From a virus, in IMG/VR virus record IMGVR_UViG_3300044634_004833, positions 32,001 through 96,000 of that record: a DNA stretch of 64,000 nt; one strand, 5' to 3'. The notes below the pieces were generated by a model, which worked only from the letters and a program-made list of their open reading frames with translations, was not told the origin of the DNA and did no database searches. Position numbers and translations under genes: made by a program. Shown here in pieces: positions 30,122-39,153 of this stretch (the first letter of the stretch is position 1; each line of letters begins with the position of its first letter).

Positions 30122-30356
30122 AAATCATAGAGTTTTTGATAATTTTTATTTTGTAAATGATAGGGTTGTTATAAATATAAATCAAGTTACTCATGGCGAA
30201 GTAATTAACGACCCAATGAATCCTGCAAGGCATTACGCTTTATATTTTACAAAGCAATCAAGTGCTGATAGAATTTTTCTTAACAAAGAAGAATCTGTTA
30301 AATTTTTAGCATACGTTAGTAAAACAGAAGTTTTGGAAACTTTTTATCGTGAATGA
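30105..30356 (+). CDS. hypothetical protein
   Basis: overlap-coupled ORF. Confidence 0.55.
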   Translation: MKMPVENHRVFDNFYFVNDRVVININQVTHGEVINDPMNPARHYALYFTKQSSADRIFLNKEESVKFLAYVSKTEVLETFYRE

Positions 30357-31128
30357 ACTGCAACCGAATAATATAGCTGTTAAAAAAGTAATATATAAAA
30401 ATATAAGTCAGCCTCAGAAAATAAAGCTGAGTATAGTATTACCATTTTATAAAAAATTAGATATTTGTAGTAACTTAATTGATTCAATTTACAACAAATC
30501 TTTATATATTGATTTTGAAATAATTGCCGTAAGCGATGATACTGCTAATTTGGGAACCGAACAATTTTTTAGTAATATACCCAGAGCTAAGTATTTTTGC
30601 ACCCAAAAAAACAAGGGTTTTGGACATGCAGTTAATTTAGGTTTAGAAAAAGCTAACAATGAATTAGTTTGTATAATGCATAGTGATACAGTTGTGACAG
30701 AACAAAAAATGTTTGCAAACTTGGTTAATGATTTGTTATCTTTAAAAAATCAAGGTGTTGTGACAGTTAGTGCGACAACAAATAATTTTATGTCTAAAGA
30801 ATTTGTTTCTTACCAGCAAAATGAGTCGGCAGATTTAGATCCTGTGATTATACAGAGGCCATCTCCATTTATTTGTACTATGGGATATAAAACAATTTTA
30901 TTAAAGGCAGGCGGATTTCCAGAATACCCATTTTGTTGGTTTGAAGGCGATATGATGGGGGCAAGATTGGCTAAGCTAGGTTATAAGCAAGCTATATCCA
31001 AACGTGCTTTTGTAAAGCACTTAGGCGGCGCAACTGTATTGGATTTAATAAAAAATAATTCATCTGCAAAAACCACAATTGCTGAGAATTTTAAATTATA
31101 TAAAAGGGATTTGGAAATTTTGGTTTGA
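30349..31128 (+). CDS. GT2-family glycosyltransferase
   Basis: LSIVLP..EIIAVSDD..GFGHAVNLG..MHSD. Confidence 0.8.
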   Translation: MNELQPNNIAVKKVIYKNISQPQKIKLSIVLPFYKKLDICSNLIDSIYNKSLYIDFEIIAVSDDTANLGTEQFFSNIPRAKYFCTQKNKGFGHAVNLGLEKANNELVCIMHSDTVVTEQKMFANLVNDLLSLKNQGVVTVSATTNNFMSKEFVSYQQNESADLDPVIIQRPSPFICTMGYKTILLKAGGFPEYPFCWFEGDMMGARLAKLGYKQAISKRAFVKHLGGATVLDLIKNNSSAKTTIAENFKLYKRDLEILV

Positions 31129-31132
31129 GAAG

Positions 31133-31160
31133 TTGTATTTGCTTTTGGTTTCCCTATAAT
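31133..31160 (+). promoter_or_regulatory. putative early promoter (parB)
   Basis: TTGTAT-16 nt-TATAAT with CCC before the -10 box. Confidence 0.55.
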
Positions 31161-31202
31161 TTCATCCGGTGTCACATTTCGTTTATTTGGGATTGAGAGG
31201 GT

Positions 31203-32519
31203 TTGGACATGGATGCCAATATAAAGAATGGAATTAAAAAGAACTTGGTGGCCGACAATCTTTACTCTGTTTCGTTTGAGGATATCAAAAAAGATAGTTT
31301 TGAACTCAAAGAAAAAGGGTTCGATTTTTCTAATCCTAGGATTATTTGCGAAACTTTTAATTCATCGCCAGTAGGCATGAACCAAGATGAAATGGAATAT
31401 CTTAAAGAATCCATTCAAAGAAAGGGTTTGTTGACCCCTCTTATTGCTAGGGCTAATGGCGAACAGATAACTCTTATTAATGGCCATCGTCGATACTTGG
31501 CTATTGAAGAACTGATTAAAGAGAATGCTGAATGTTTTGACATGAATACTGGCAAACTTATTCCTGCTAAAGAACTATACGAAAACGTTCTTGTTCGCAT
31601 TTTCGAAAATGCGACAGATATTGACTCTTATCATTTGGCTTTTGAAGAAGACAAAACCAAAATTAAGTTTGGTCATGGTGTTGAATACAAGTTTGTTGAT
31701 TACTGTATTGAAAAGAAAGTAGAAGATTCTAAAATTTTATTAATGACTGGAAATACTCAAGCATGGCTTGATGGTGTAAAAAGTCTTTTGAAAAAACTCG
31801 ATGGCTCTCATCCAATAGACTACGAGGTTAGAGATTGTGTTTTTAACGAAAAGATGAGCATTGCAGCAGCTAGGGTTTTGTCGGATATAGAAAATGCCGA
31901 AGATAAATCTAAAGCATTTAAAGAAGCACAGCAGGCAGCTCAAGCCGAAGCAAATGCCAAGATTGAAAAATTAGGCAAGCAATTAAAAAACATTCGCAAG
32001 AAACAAGATATAGCCAAAGCACAAAGTCTTATTTGTGCAAAAAATAATGATCAAGATGGACTGAAATCGGCAGAAGATATTCTTGAGGAAGGCCTTCAAG
32101 CTGAAACGGATATATTGACCAAGCAACAAAATATAACACCAGTAATAACAACACATAATATCGCATCTAATAACAATAATATTGGCCCTAGAGCAGGAAA
32201 GGGCAGGCCCAGTAAAAAAACTTCTGAAAAACAAGAAAATGAAGATGTTCCTGTATCTGCTCCGCAGGTAGAAACGGAGAGTAAGTCTGAAGATCCAGAA
32301 TTAGGAGATTTGGTTATTCACAAGAGTATTTTGGTAGATAAATGGTTGAAAACTATTGAAAAAATTAAAGATGATGAATTAGAGGGAATTGTTTTAGATA
32401 CATCAGTTATTAATATTACAAGAGATCTTATTGTATCATTGTTAAATGACCAGTGCTGCGTTGATTTTCTTATTCATTGGTCCAAAGAAATAAGAAGAAG
32501 CACAAGATTTGCCGAATAA
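31203..32519 (+). CDS. ParB/Srx-domain protein with coiled-coil C-terminus
   Basis: NPR, LKESIQRKGLLTPL, LINGHRRYLA. Confidence 0.8.
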   Translation: MDMDANIKNGIKKNLVADNLYSVSFEDIKKDSFELKEKGFDFSNPRIICETFNSSPVGMNQDEMEYLKESIQRKGLLTPLIARANGEQITLINGHRRYLAIEELIKENAECFDMNTGKLIPAKELYENVLVRIFENATDIDSYHLAFEEDKTKIKFGHGVEYKFVDYCIEKKVEDSKILLMTGNTQAWLDGVKSLLKKLDGSHPIDYEVRDCVFNEKMSIAAARVLSDIENAEDKSKAFKEAQQAAQAEANAKIEKLGKQLKNIRKKQDIAKAQSLICAKNNDQDGLKSAEDILEEGLQAETDILTKQQNITPVITTHNIASNNNNIGPRAGKGRPSKKTSEKQENEDVPVSAPQVETESKSEDPELGDLVIHKSILVDKWLKTIEKIKDDELEGIVLDTSVINITRDLIVSLLNDQCCVDFLIHWSKEIRRSTRFAE

Positions 32520-32529
32520 GTATTAAAAA

Positions 32530-32562
32530 ATACGACTGAGAGAAACTTTCTCTCAGTCGTAT
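32530..32562. terminator. 15-bp inverted repeat (terminator-like) after parB
   Basis: ATACGACTGAGAGAA-ACT-TTCTCTCAGTCGTAT. Confidence 0.7.
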
Positions 32563-32571
32563 ATATTTTAG

Positions 32572-32850
32572 ATGATATGCTTTTGTCCTTATTGTGGCAA
32601 GCCATTGCCAAAGCCTCTAAATAATGGTGTTTCGTTCTGCACCAATTGCACAAGAACTATAGTTTCTACCAAACAAAACGAACTTCTTTCCAGCTATAGG
32701 ATATTAATAAGCAGAGTCTATACCAACGAAGATCAATTAAAGGCTGCTTTAAAAATAAATGCAGAAGATTATGCTTTTATAAAATCGTTTGCAGACGACG
32801 GTCTGAGTGTTGATGAATTTACAAAGCATCTTAAGACTAAAATTGCTTAA
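32572..32850 (+). CDS. zinc-ribbon protein
   Basis: FCPYCG..FCTNC. Confidence 0.6.
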   Translation: MICFCPYCGKPLPKPLNNGVSFCTNCTRTIVSTKQNELLSSYRILISRVYTNEDQLKAALKINAEDYAFIKSFADDGLSVDEFTKHLKTKIA

Positions 32851-33040
32851 AAAATTCTTTTACATCTTTGTTAGATCTTTGAATTAATTCAGTTCTAGTA
32901 ATTTTATATTCGTTTTCTGCTTCGATTCCAACTCGAACTTTATAGTTGTCATCAATTCGACATACAGTTATTTTTATTAATTTGCCATCTGGGCAACTAA
33001 TTGTAATGCTTTCATCTTGTTTTCTGGTTAAAACTAACAT
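32837..33040 (-). CDS. csrA: carbon storage regulator CsrA
   Basis: MLVLTRKQDESITI..KVRVGIEA..ITRTEL; SD AAGGAG; upstream TTGATT-17-TACAAT on the minus strand. Confidence 0.88.
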   Translation of the reverse strand: MLVLTRKQDESITISCPDGKLIKITVCRIDDNYKVRVGIEAENEYKITRTELIQRSNKDVKEFFKQF

Positions 33041-33109
33041 GCAAACTCCTTTTTTAATTTTCCCTATTAAAATTGTAGACTATTAAAATTTCAAAATCAA
33101 ATTTTTTGG

Positions 33110-33137
33110 TTGTTTTCAAAATAAAATCCCCTAATAT
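33110..33137 (+). promoter_or_regulatory. putative early promoter
   Basis: TTGTTT-16 nt-TAATAT with CCCC before the -10 box. Confidence 0.5.
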
Positions 33138-33168
33138 TTCAAAAGACAAATTCATTCATGAGGGTGCC

Positions 33169-33576
33169 ATGAGCCAGAATCAACCTGTTGGTCAAGATGA
33201 CAAAAAAACACTTGTAACATTAATGGAGGAAAGAAAACTCCTGATGCAACAAATTAAAGAAATAGAAACCCAAATACAGAAAATAGGCGGCTCAATTTCA
33301 GGGGCAAGAGCTTACATCGGAGAATCTAAAATAGGCAGGCCAAAAGGCAGCACAAATAAAAAGTCTCTTGATTCTATTATTCTAGAAACCGTTTACAACT
33401 CTTCTGTTGAAGTTGGTGTAAACGATATAATTGAAAAAGTTATTTTCGAAGGCTATGTTTCTTCTTCTGGTGCAAAAGATTTTTTGAATATTGTGCGTTC
33501 TAGACTTAGTGTTCTAAAGAAACAAAAGAAAATTATTAGAAACGACGATACAGCAAAATTTTCTAAGGCCACTTGA
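33169..33576 (+). CDS. coiled-coil + winged-helix DNA-binding protein
   Basis: GRPKGS AT-hook-like motif and C-terminal wHTH-like region; SD GAGGG favours the ATG at 33169. Confidence 0.5.
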   Translation: MSQNQPVGQDDKKTLVTLMEERKLLMQQIKEIETQIQKIGGSISGARAYIGESKIGRPKGSTNKKSLDSIILETVYNSSVEVGVNDIIEKVIFEGYVSSSGAKDFLNIVRSRLSVLKKQKKIIRNDDTAKFSKAT

Positions 33577-33603
33577 TTCAGATATGTTTTTTATTACAAT
33601 CAT

Positions 33604-34830
33604 GTGATGAAAAACAAAAATAACTCAAAAGATATTTTCCTTTGCAACTTCTGCGGAAAACCTTCCGCAGAAGTTGGTCATTTAATAGAGAGTAATATCT
33701 CTAAAGACAAAGTTCGCATATGTTTTGTATGTCATAATACTTGTTCACACATTTTTTCTCATCATAGCAAACAATATAGTGCTAAAAGTTTTTCTAAAAA
33801 AAAGAAATCTAAAAACTTCGATCCTAGAAGTTTAAAAGAATATTTGGATCAATATGTTATTGGTCAAGATTTTGCAAAAAAAGCACTAAGCATTGCTGTT
33901 GCAAACCATTATAAAAGAATTAATGAAATAGTAGAATGTAATAGCAAAGATGAAGTTATTTTAGAAAAGACAAATGTTTTATTAGTTGGGCCAACTGGTT
34001 GTGGAAAAACCATGTTGATCAAAAGGTTGGCAAAATTTCTTAATGTGCCTTTAGCAATAGGCGATGCTACATCCTTGACAGAAGCTGGATATGTTGGCGA
34101 TGATGTGGAAAGTTTGATTTCTACGTTATTGCGTAATTGTGACTTTGATATAGAGGCCGCACAAAGCGGAATTATTTATATTGATGAAATTGATAAGCTT
34201 TCCATAAGCAGAAATAATGTTAGTATTTCCAAAGATGTCGGAGGAGAAGGTGTACAACAATCCTTGTTGAAAATCATAGAAGGCACCACATGTAATGTAA
34301 GTCCGCAAGGTGGTAGAAAGCACCCTGAGCAAAAAATGTTGCATATAGACACAACAAATATTTTGTTTATTGTTGGCGGAACATTTGCAGGAATTGAAGA
34401 TATTTTAGCAAAAAGAAATGGCAGAAAGATGGGTTTTCATCATTCCGCTGAAACAGCACACGAACAAGATGAATCAGTATTGCCAGAAGACCTTATTAAA
34501 TTCGGTATGATACCAGAATTTATTGGAAGGTTCCCCCTCATACAAAAATTGGAAAAACTAAGTGTTGAAGACCTTGTCACGGTTTTGGAAAAACCAAAAA
34601 ACAGTTTGGTAAAACAGTACAAAAAGCAATTTCAATTCGATAATGTACAGTTAACTTTTGAAAAAGATGCTCTTTATTACATAGCAGAAAGAGCCTTTGT
34701 TTTAAGTACAGGGGCAAGAGGATTGAAGCAAATTATAGAAAGAATATTATTTGACTATAATTTTAATGTTGTAGATTATAAAAATAAAAAAATTGTAATT
34801 ACAAAAAAATACGTTGAGGAAAAACTTTGA
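33604..34830 (+). CDS. clpX: ATP-dependent Clp protease ATP-binding subunit ClpX
   Basis: Zn-binding CNFC..CFVC, GPTGCGKT, TEAGYVG, IDEIDK, GGRKHP, TGARGL; TTGATT-16-TACAAT lies 6 nt before the ATG at 33607. Confidence 0.95.
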   Translation: MMKNKNNSKDIFLCNFCGKPSAEVGHLIESNISKDKVRICFVCHNTCSHIFSHHSKQYSAKSFSKKKKSKNFDPRSLKEYLDQYVIGQDFAKKALSIAVANHYKRINEIVECNSKDEVILEKTNVLLVGPTGCGKTMLIKRLAKFLNVPLAIGDATSLTEAGYVGDDVESLISTLLRNCDFDIEAAQSGIIYIDEIDKLSISRNNVSISKDVGGEGVQQSLLKIIEGTTCNVSPQGGRKHPEQKMLHIDTTNILFIVGGTFAGIEDILAKRNGRKMGFHHSAETAHEQDESVLPEDLIKFGMIPEFIGRFPLIQKLEKLSVEDLVTVLEKPKNSLVKQYKKQFQFDNVQLTFEKDALYYIAERAFVLSTGARGLKQIIERILFDYNFNVVDYKNKKIVITKKYVEEKL

Positions 34831-35225
34831 TACCAATTTTTGTTTATGGAACTTTAAAAAAAGGCGGTCGAGGGCACCATCTTTTAAAAAATTGTAAATT
34901 CCTTTCTGAAGTTACAACTAAAAAAAATTATAAATTATATAGTAAAATTTCTTATCCGTGTATGGTTTTGGATTTAGAAGATCCAAAATCAGTTCCTGGC
35001 GAATTATATTTAGCTGATTTGTATACCATCAAAGTTTTAAATGAATACGAAGGAGTAGACGTTGGTTTGTATTCTTTGTCTGTAATTGAATTAGATGAAA
35101 ATACTTTTAAAAATAAAGAAATTGTTGTTGCACATGGGTATTGTATGTCTTATATTTACTTAGGCGATGTTTCATATTTAAAAGTTATCGATCAATGGCA
35201 GGAGCAATTAATTCATGAATATTGA
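34827..35225 (+). CDS. gamma-glutamylcyclotransferase (AIG2-like)
   Basis: IFVYGTLKKG..H, GELY, LNEYEG. Confidence 0.88.
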   Translation: MIPIFVYGTLKKGGRGHHLLKNCKFLSEVTTKKNYKLYSKISYPCMVLDLEDPKSVPGELYLADLYTIKVLNEYEGVDVGLYSLSVIELDENTFKNKEIVVAHGYCMSYIYLGDVSYLKVIDQWQEQLIHEY

Positions 35226-36123
35226 TAAAGTTGATTTTGAGATCAACGAAAACAATTTTAAATATTGGATTACTGGAGACTTCAACGAAACTTCTTATGG
35301 CGAAGAAATAGAATCAGAAATACCAGACGCAGAAGAATTTGCAAAGAAAAAAGTTTTAATTCAAAAAGATATAAACAAGGTCGCTCCTGAAATACGGCAG
35401 TTTTATACTGAGCCACTTCTTACGAAAAAACAAGAGTTTCATATTTTTAGAAAAATGAATTTCTATAAATATAAAATGAAACTTAATTTTGATACTTACA
35501 AGCAAACTGGAATAAACAATTTTGAAAAAATATGTATTGATTATTTTTGTAAATATCAAGAAACTAGAAACTTTATTGCTACTTGCAATACTCGTTTAAC
35601 TGCTCAAGTTATTAAAAAAAGAAAAGATTATTATGGAGAAAATATAAACGATTTAATAAGCGATTGTTTATTTAATATTATGAAAGCAATAGATGGATTT
35701 GATTACACAAGAGGTTTTAAATTTTCAACTTATTGTACATGGGTTTTAATGAACAATTCTTTGAGAGACCATTCTCATGACAAAAAGTTTTATGATAAAA
35801 TTGCAACGAATATTGACAATTCTACTTTTTCAAACAAATTAGATGAAAAACAATATGAAAATGTATCTCAAGTTGAAAAAGATGAAAGCATAAATTATGA
35901 TGTTTTAAAAGTTTTAAATCTTATTAAACAAAGAGATTGCAGAGAACACTTTGTTATTATCCATTGTTTTGGTCTGCTTGGCAAAAGTAAAAAAACACTA
36001 AAGGAAATATCAGCGGAACTTAACTTAACAAAAGAAAGAGTTCGGCAGATTCGTGAAAATGGAGTTAAGTTTATCAAGGATCAAATAAAAGACGGTAAAC
36101 TTAATTTAATTTCTTTAAGCTAG
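35215..36123 (+). CDS. sigma-70 family RNA polymerase sigma factor
   Basis: region 2 FDYTRGFKFSTYCTW; region 4 TLKEISAELNLTKERVRQI. Confidence 0.92.
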   Translation: MNIDKVDFEINENNFKYWITGDFNETSYGEEIESEIPDAEEFAKKKVLIQKDINKVAPEIRQFYTEPLLTKKQEFHIFRKMNFYKYKMKLNFDTYKQTGINNFEKICIDYFCKYQETRNFIATCNTRLTAQVIKKRKDYYGENINDLISDCLFNIMKAIDGFDYTRGFKFSTYCTWVLMNNSLRDHSHDKKFYDKIATNIDNSTFSNKLDEKQYENVSQVEKDESINYDVLKVLNLIKQRDCREHFVIIHCFGLLGKSKKTLKEISAELNLTKERVRQIRENGVKFIKDQIKDGKLNLISLS

Positions 36124-36152
36124 CCCACAACTGCGGGCTGGAATCAAGACAT

Positions 36153-36263
36153 TCAACCGCCATGTTTTTTATGGTGGGAGAGCTTCTTTTTTTTCATTTC
36201 TTTTGAATCTCTTATTTTTATCCACTCTACAAATTTAATTGGTTTGTTTGGTTTTTGTTCCAT
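36153..36263 (-). CDS. 36-aa basic peptide with IKFVEWIK motif (not in track)
   Basis: MEQKPNKPIKFVEWIKIRDSKEMKKKKLSHHKKHGG; SD GGAG; coupled to the upstream stop. Confidence 0.45.
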   Translation of the reverse strand: MEQKPNKPIKFVEWIKIRDSKEMKKKKLSHHKKHGG

Positions 36264-36264
36264 T

Positions 36265-36510
36265 TTAATCTCCAGTATCTATATCTAAAAATTGCAATCT
36301 GTCTTCTTGATTAAACTTTATAATTTTATTTATTACCCAATCTTGTAAATCGTTTAGATCTATCCTTGCCATTATCAAAGAATAATTTTTTTTATTTTTT
36401 AAATTATTTATGGCATCTAAAAGGAGAGGGTTTTCTTCTATTTTTTCTTTTAGCCAAGGTCTTTTAAAATAAACTTCTTCTATGGTTTCCGCTAATTTAT
36501 CATCAAACAT
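36265..36510 (-). CDS. hypothetical protein
   Basis: coupled ORF. Confidence 0.55.
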   Translation of the reverse strand: MFDDKLAETIEEVYFKRPWLKEKIEENPLLLDAINNLKNKKNYSLIMARIDLNDLQDWVINKIIKFNQEDRLQFLDIDTGD

Positions 36511-36511
36511 A

Positions 36512-36787
36512 TTAACTCTTGCAATTACAATTTTTACATTTACAATTCTTGCAATTATTATTCTTACATTCTTTGCATGGACACTTGCATTTGTTTTCTA
36601 TGTTTCTTTTTTTCACATATTCTTTAAAAGACATAATTCTATGTTCTAGATGGGTGAATTTTTCCACATCCGCAGAACTCATTGAGTCAGCAACATTCTT
36701 TATTTTTTTACTTGGGCACTTGCCATTTTCTTGGCAGTTTTTCACGGCATAAAAAAAATTCTTTTGTTTTTGGCTTCTGGCTGGCAT
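36512..36787 (-). CDS. DUF3008-like small protein with Cys-rich tail
   Basis: MPARSQKQ..ADSMS..VEKF; TAAATA-N4-ATG defines the start at 36787. Confidence 0.6.
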   Translation of the reverse strand: MPARSQKQKNFFYAVKNCQENGKCPSKKIKNVADSMSSADVEKFTHLEHRIMSFKEYVKKRNIENKCKCPCKECKNNNCKNCKCKNCNCKS

Positions 36788-36844
36788 ACTGTATTTAGTT
36801 GTTGTATTATGATTTTCATCAACCTGCTGCACCACGAGATTAAA

Positions 36845-37159
36845 ATGTCTAGCAAAACTTCAAAAAAATCTCCTGAAAATAAAGTCCCTCTGGTTTTTAT
36901 GACAATAAAAGAAGTAGTTGAATATATTAATAATGAATCTGAATGTCCTTATTTAATTAGTTTTGAGCATAGTATGGCTGGAATGGGAGAAAATGTTATT
37001 AAGATAACTTCTAAAAATACATATAATGTTGTTTGTTATATTAACAACGAAAATAATAAAATTTTTTTCCCAAGGCCTGTTTCGTCTGCTGTTATAAATG
37101 AAATTTTAGATTTGACGAACAAAAAAGATAAACTTTTTTCAAACAACTTCATAAGTTGA
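36845..37159 (+). CDS. hypothetical protein
   Basis: likely start MSSKTSKK. Confidence 0.5.
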   Translation: MSSKTSKKSPENKVPLVFMTIKEVVEYINNESECPYLISFEHSMAGMGENVIKITSKNTYNVVCYINNENNKIFFPRPVSSAVINEILDLTNKKDKLFSNNFIS

Positions 37160-37843
37160 ATTTTTTGCTGGCATATTATTTTCATAATCTTCTATTTTTT
37201 CCAAAGCATCAAATAGGTAGTGAGATGTCAAAGTAGACATTACTTTATCGCCTCTTAGGTCTTTTACTATCTCTAGTTGGCAAGATTCAACTCTATCATT
37301 GTAATTATGTGTTGTGAAATACTTATTCATATTGTTATATGAAGCGCCGTTATATTTATCTCCAGGAAAGCTACTGTAACATTTTACACCACAATTAATT
37401 AAATTACATATTACAAATCTTTTAAGATTCAAATTGCAACTTCTATCAGGAAAAGATTTGCTTTCACCATCTCCAAAAATCATTTCTAAATCTTTTTTGT
37501 TATATTTTGATCTAATATTATTGCTTGCGCCATGTATCCAAATTATAAAACATTTTTGATAAAATTTTAATATCGTGTTAACGCTTTGTATTATTGGATT
37601 GAGAAATTCTTTTTTTACATCATCTATTATATGAGAATAGTTATTGCAATCCGCTTGCTCAGATTTTATATCTAATGTTTTAGACTTTTTCCAACCATGA
37701 TTTATGACATAATTGCATCCTAGTAATTTGGCAGTTCTTTCTGTTATCAAATCTGTATTGTAATCATCTGATTTATTGCCGTGTGGGGCAACCAACAATA
37801 AAGGTTTTGCCCCATGTCCGATTGTTACTCTGGCGTTTCTCAT
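37139..37843 (-). CDS. Zn-dependent amidohydrolase (N-formylglutamate amidohydrolase / poly-gamma-glutamate hydrolase-like)
   Basis: LLVAPHG..D..T, WIHG, CQLEI motifs. Confidence 0.55.
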   Translation of the reverse strand: MRNARVTIGHGAKPLLLVAPHGNKSDDYNTDLITERTAKLLGCNYVINHGWKKSKTLDIKSEQADCNNYSHIIDDVKKEFLNPIIQSVNTILKFYQKCFIIWIHGASNNIRSKYNKKDLEMIFGDGESKSFPDRSCNLNLKRFVICNLINCGVKCYSSFPGDKYNGASYNNMNKYFTTHNYNDRVESCQLEIVKDLRGDKVMSTLTSHYLFDALEKIEDYENNMPAKNSTYEVV

Positions 37844-37894
37844 ACTATATTTTATCCTTCGATTTAAATTTTTTTTAAAAGATCCAAAAATTGG

Positions 37895-37922
37895 TTGTTT
37901 TTTTTCTTGGATACCGTATCAT
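37895..37922 (+). promoter_or_regulatory. putative early promoter
   Basis: TTGTTT-16 nt-TATCAT with CCG before the -10 box. Confidence 0.5.
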
Positions 37923-38039
37923 TTAGGGATAAAAATCAAAGAAAGGGGGCTGCGATAAAAATTTTCTAATTGCTAGTGGCCATCGCAAGGATTTGCGTGT
38001 TAACCATAATTCCGCCAGATTTAATAAGGAGGTGTCAAT

Positions 38040-38864
38040 ATGTACAAGACTTTTACCCTAGAAGAGCGTCAAGAAATAGCCCAAGCCAATATTCTTGCAA
38101 AGAGTTACTTTGATCAGATTGCTCAAAACTTTAAAAACTATTCTGAATTTGTTGCCCTTCTAAAAAAGGATTATTCTAAAATTTACGATATGTTGCCAAG
38201 TAATCTTAAAAGTAAGTTTTTTGATGATGTTATGATTTTAAAATTGCCTTTGAAGTATGAAGACAAAATGCAAGATGTTTGCAAAGGTATTATTTTGACT
38301 GCTGTTAAGCAAAGAAGCTTTAATGGCATGGATTACGACGAAGCTTATATTGAAGGAATGATTGGGGCAGACAAGGCCCTTTGGATGTACAGGGATAGCG
38401 CAATTAAGTTGCAAACATACGCCATGACTTGTGCTAGGAGTAGGTTGGCTGATTACAGAGAAAAGCAGTTTAATAGTAAGAAGAAAGCAAAGGAATATGG
38501 TTTCGAAGACTTTGACAAGGCTCCTATAACCAAAGAAGAAAAATATCTTGGAAGGGCTTTCCGCAAGAACACAACTGTAGTGGATGCGGTGTTAGACAAT
38601 GAAGAAGCAAAGATTAAGTTTGATGATTTGATAAACATGGCGTGTTCTGATGAGCTGGATTTAGAAATCGTCAAGAACTATTTGGAAAACAATAGGAAAG
38701 GTTCCGAATCAGTTTGGGTTGTAGATGTAATTCAATTCTTTGAGGGAAAGACAGGAAAGCCAATTAGCGCCAACGCTGTGCGTAAAAGGCTTGCGAAAAT
38801 TCAACAAAGGGCAAAAGACATTGCTGACAAAAAAGGCTTTAAAAAAGAAAATATTGTTCTTTAA
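38040..38864 (+). CDS. divergent sigma-70-like factor
   Basis: DEAYIEGMIG..KALWMY..KLQTYAM (region 2-like); ISANAVRKRL (HTH); SD AAGGAGG. Confidence 0.65.
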   Translation: MYKTFTLEERQEIAQANILAKSYFDQIAQNFKNYSEFVALLKKDYSKIYDMLPSNLKSKFFDDVMILKLPLKYEDKMQDVCKGIILTAVKQRSFNGMDYDEAYIEGMIGADKALWMYRDSAIKLQTYAMTCARSRLADYREKQFNSKKKAKEYGFEDFDKAPITKEEKYLGRAFRKNTTVVDAVLDNEEAKIKFDDLINMACSDELDLEIVKNYLENNRKGSESVWVVDVIQFFEGKTGKPISANAVRKRLAKIQQRAKDIADKKGFKKENIVL

Positions 38865-38894
38865 TTTGGCTTGGCCTTCTGATATTATTTGGTC

Positions 38895-38954
38895 ATTGGC
38901 ACCGGATGCAATAGGCAGGATCGCATAGTGCGATGCATCCGGTGCCAATTTTTT
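38895..38954 (+). terminator. GC-rich 16-bp stem with nested hairpin followed by a T-run
   Basis: ATTGGCACCGGATGCA(38895-38910)/TGCATCCGGTGCCAAT(38934-38949); inner TCGCA-TAG-TGCGA. Confidence 0.6.
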
Positions 38955-39153
38955 GGATAATAAAATGACAGATGTTTCTTACGAATGGATGATGAGAATA
39001 ATGGAACTTAGGAAGTTCCCCGAGTTGGCTACTAAAGAAGATGTTCAAAAGCTAACCGATGACATCATTCTTTTGATATATGGTTTTAAAGAGAAGGCAA
39101 GCTATGTAGATATAGTATCACATATACAGGAAAGCCATGCACAACAGCCATGA
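38953..39153 (+). CDS. hypothetical protein
   Basis: short ORF. Confidence 0.45.
   Translation: MDNKMTDVSYEWMMRIMELRKFPELATKEDVQKLTDDIILLIYGFKEKASYVDIVSHIQESHAQQP

Noticed and set aside
25867-36123. Possible TldR or dCas12f-sigma RNA-guided transcription system (TnpB + HTH + CsrA + sigma)
   Set aside because: The TnpB RuvC residues are intact, and csrA and the sigma gene are 5.5-8 kb away in other transcription units
36120-36263. Reading TGA as Trp would extend the 36-aa ORF to ..HGGWMSWFQPAVVG, hinting at stop-codon recoding
   Set aside because: All long genes are intact in the standard code, use TGG for Trp, and many end in TGA with ATGA overlaps
37945-38017. 73-nt stretch starting GGGGGCTG and ending TCCGCCA, resembling tRNA or tmRNA ends
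   Set aside because: Acceptor stem pairs for only about 4 bp; no T-arm TTC motif and no cloverleaf
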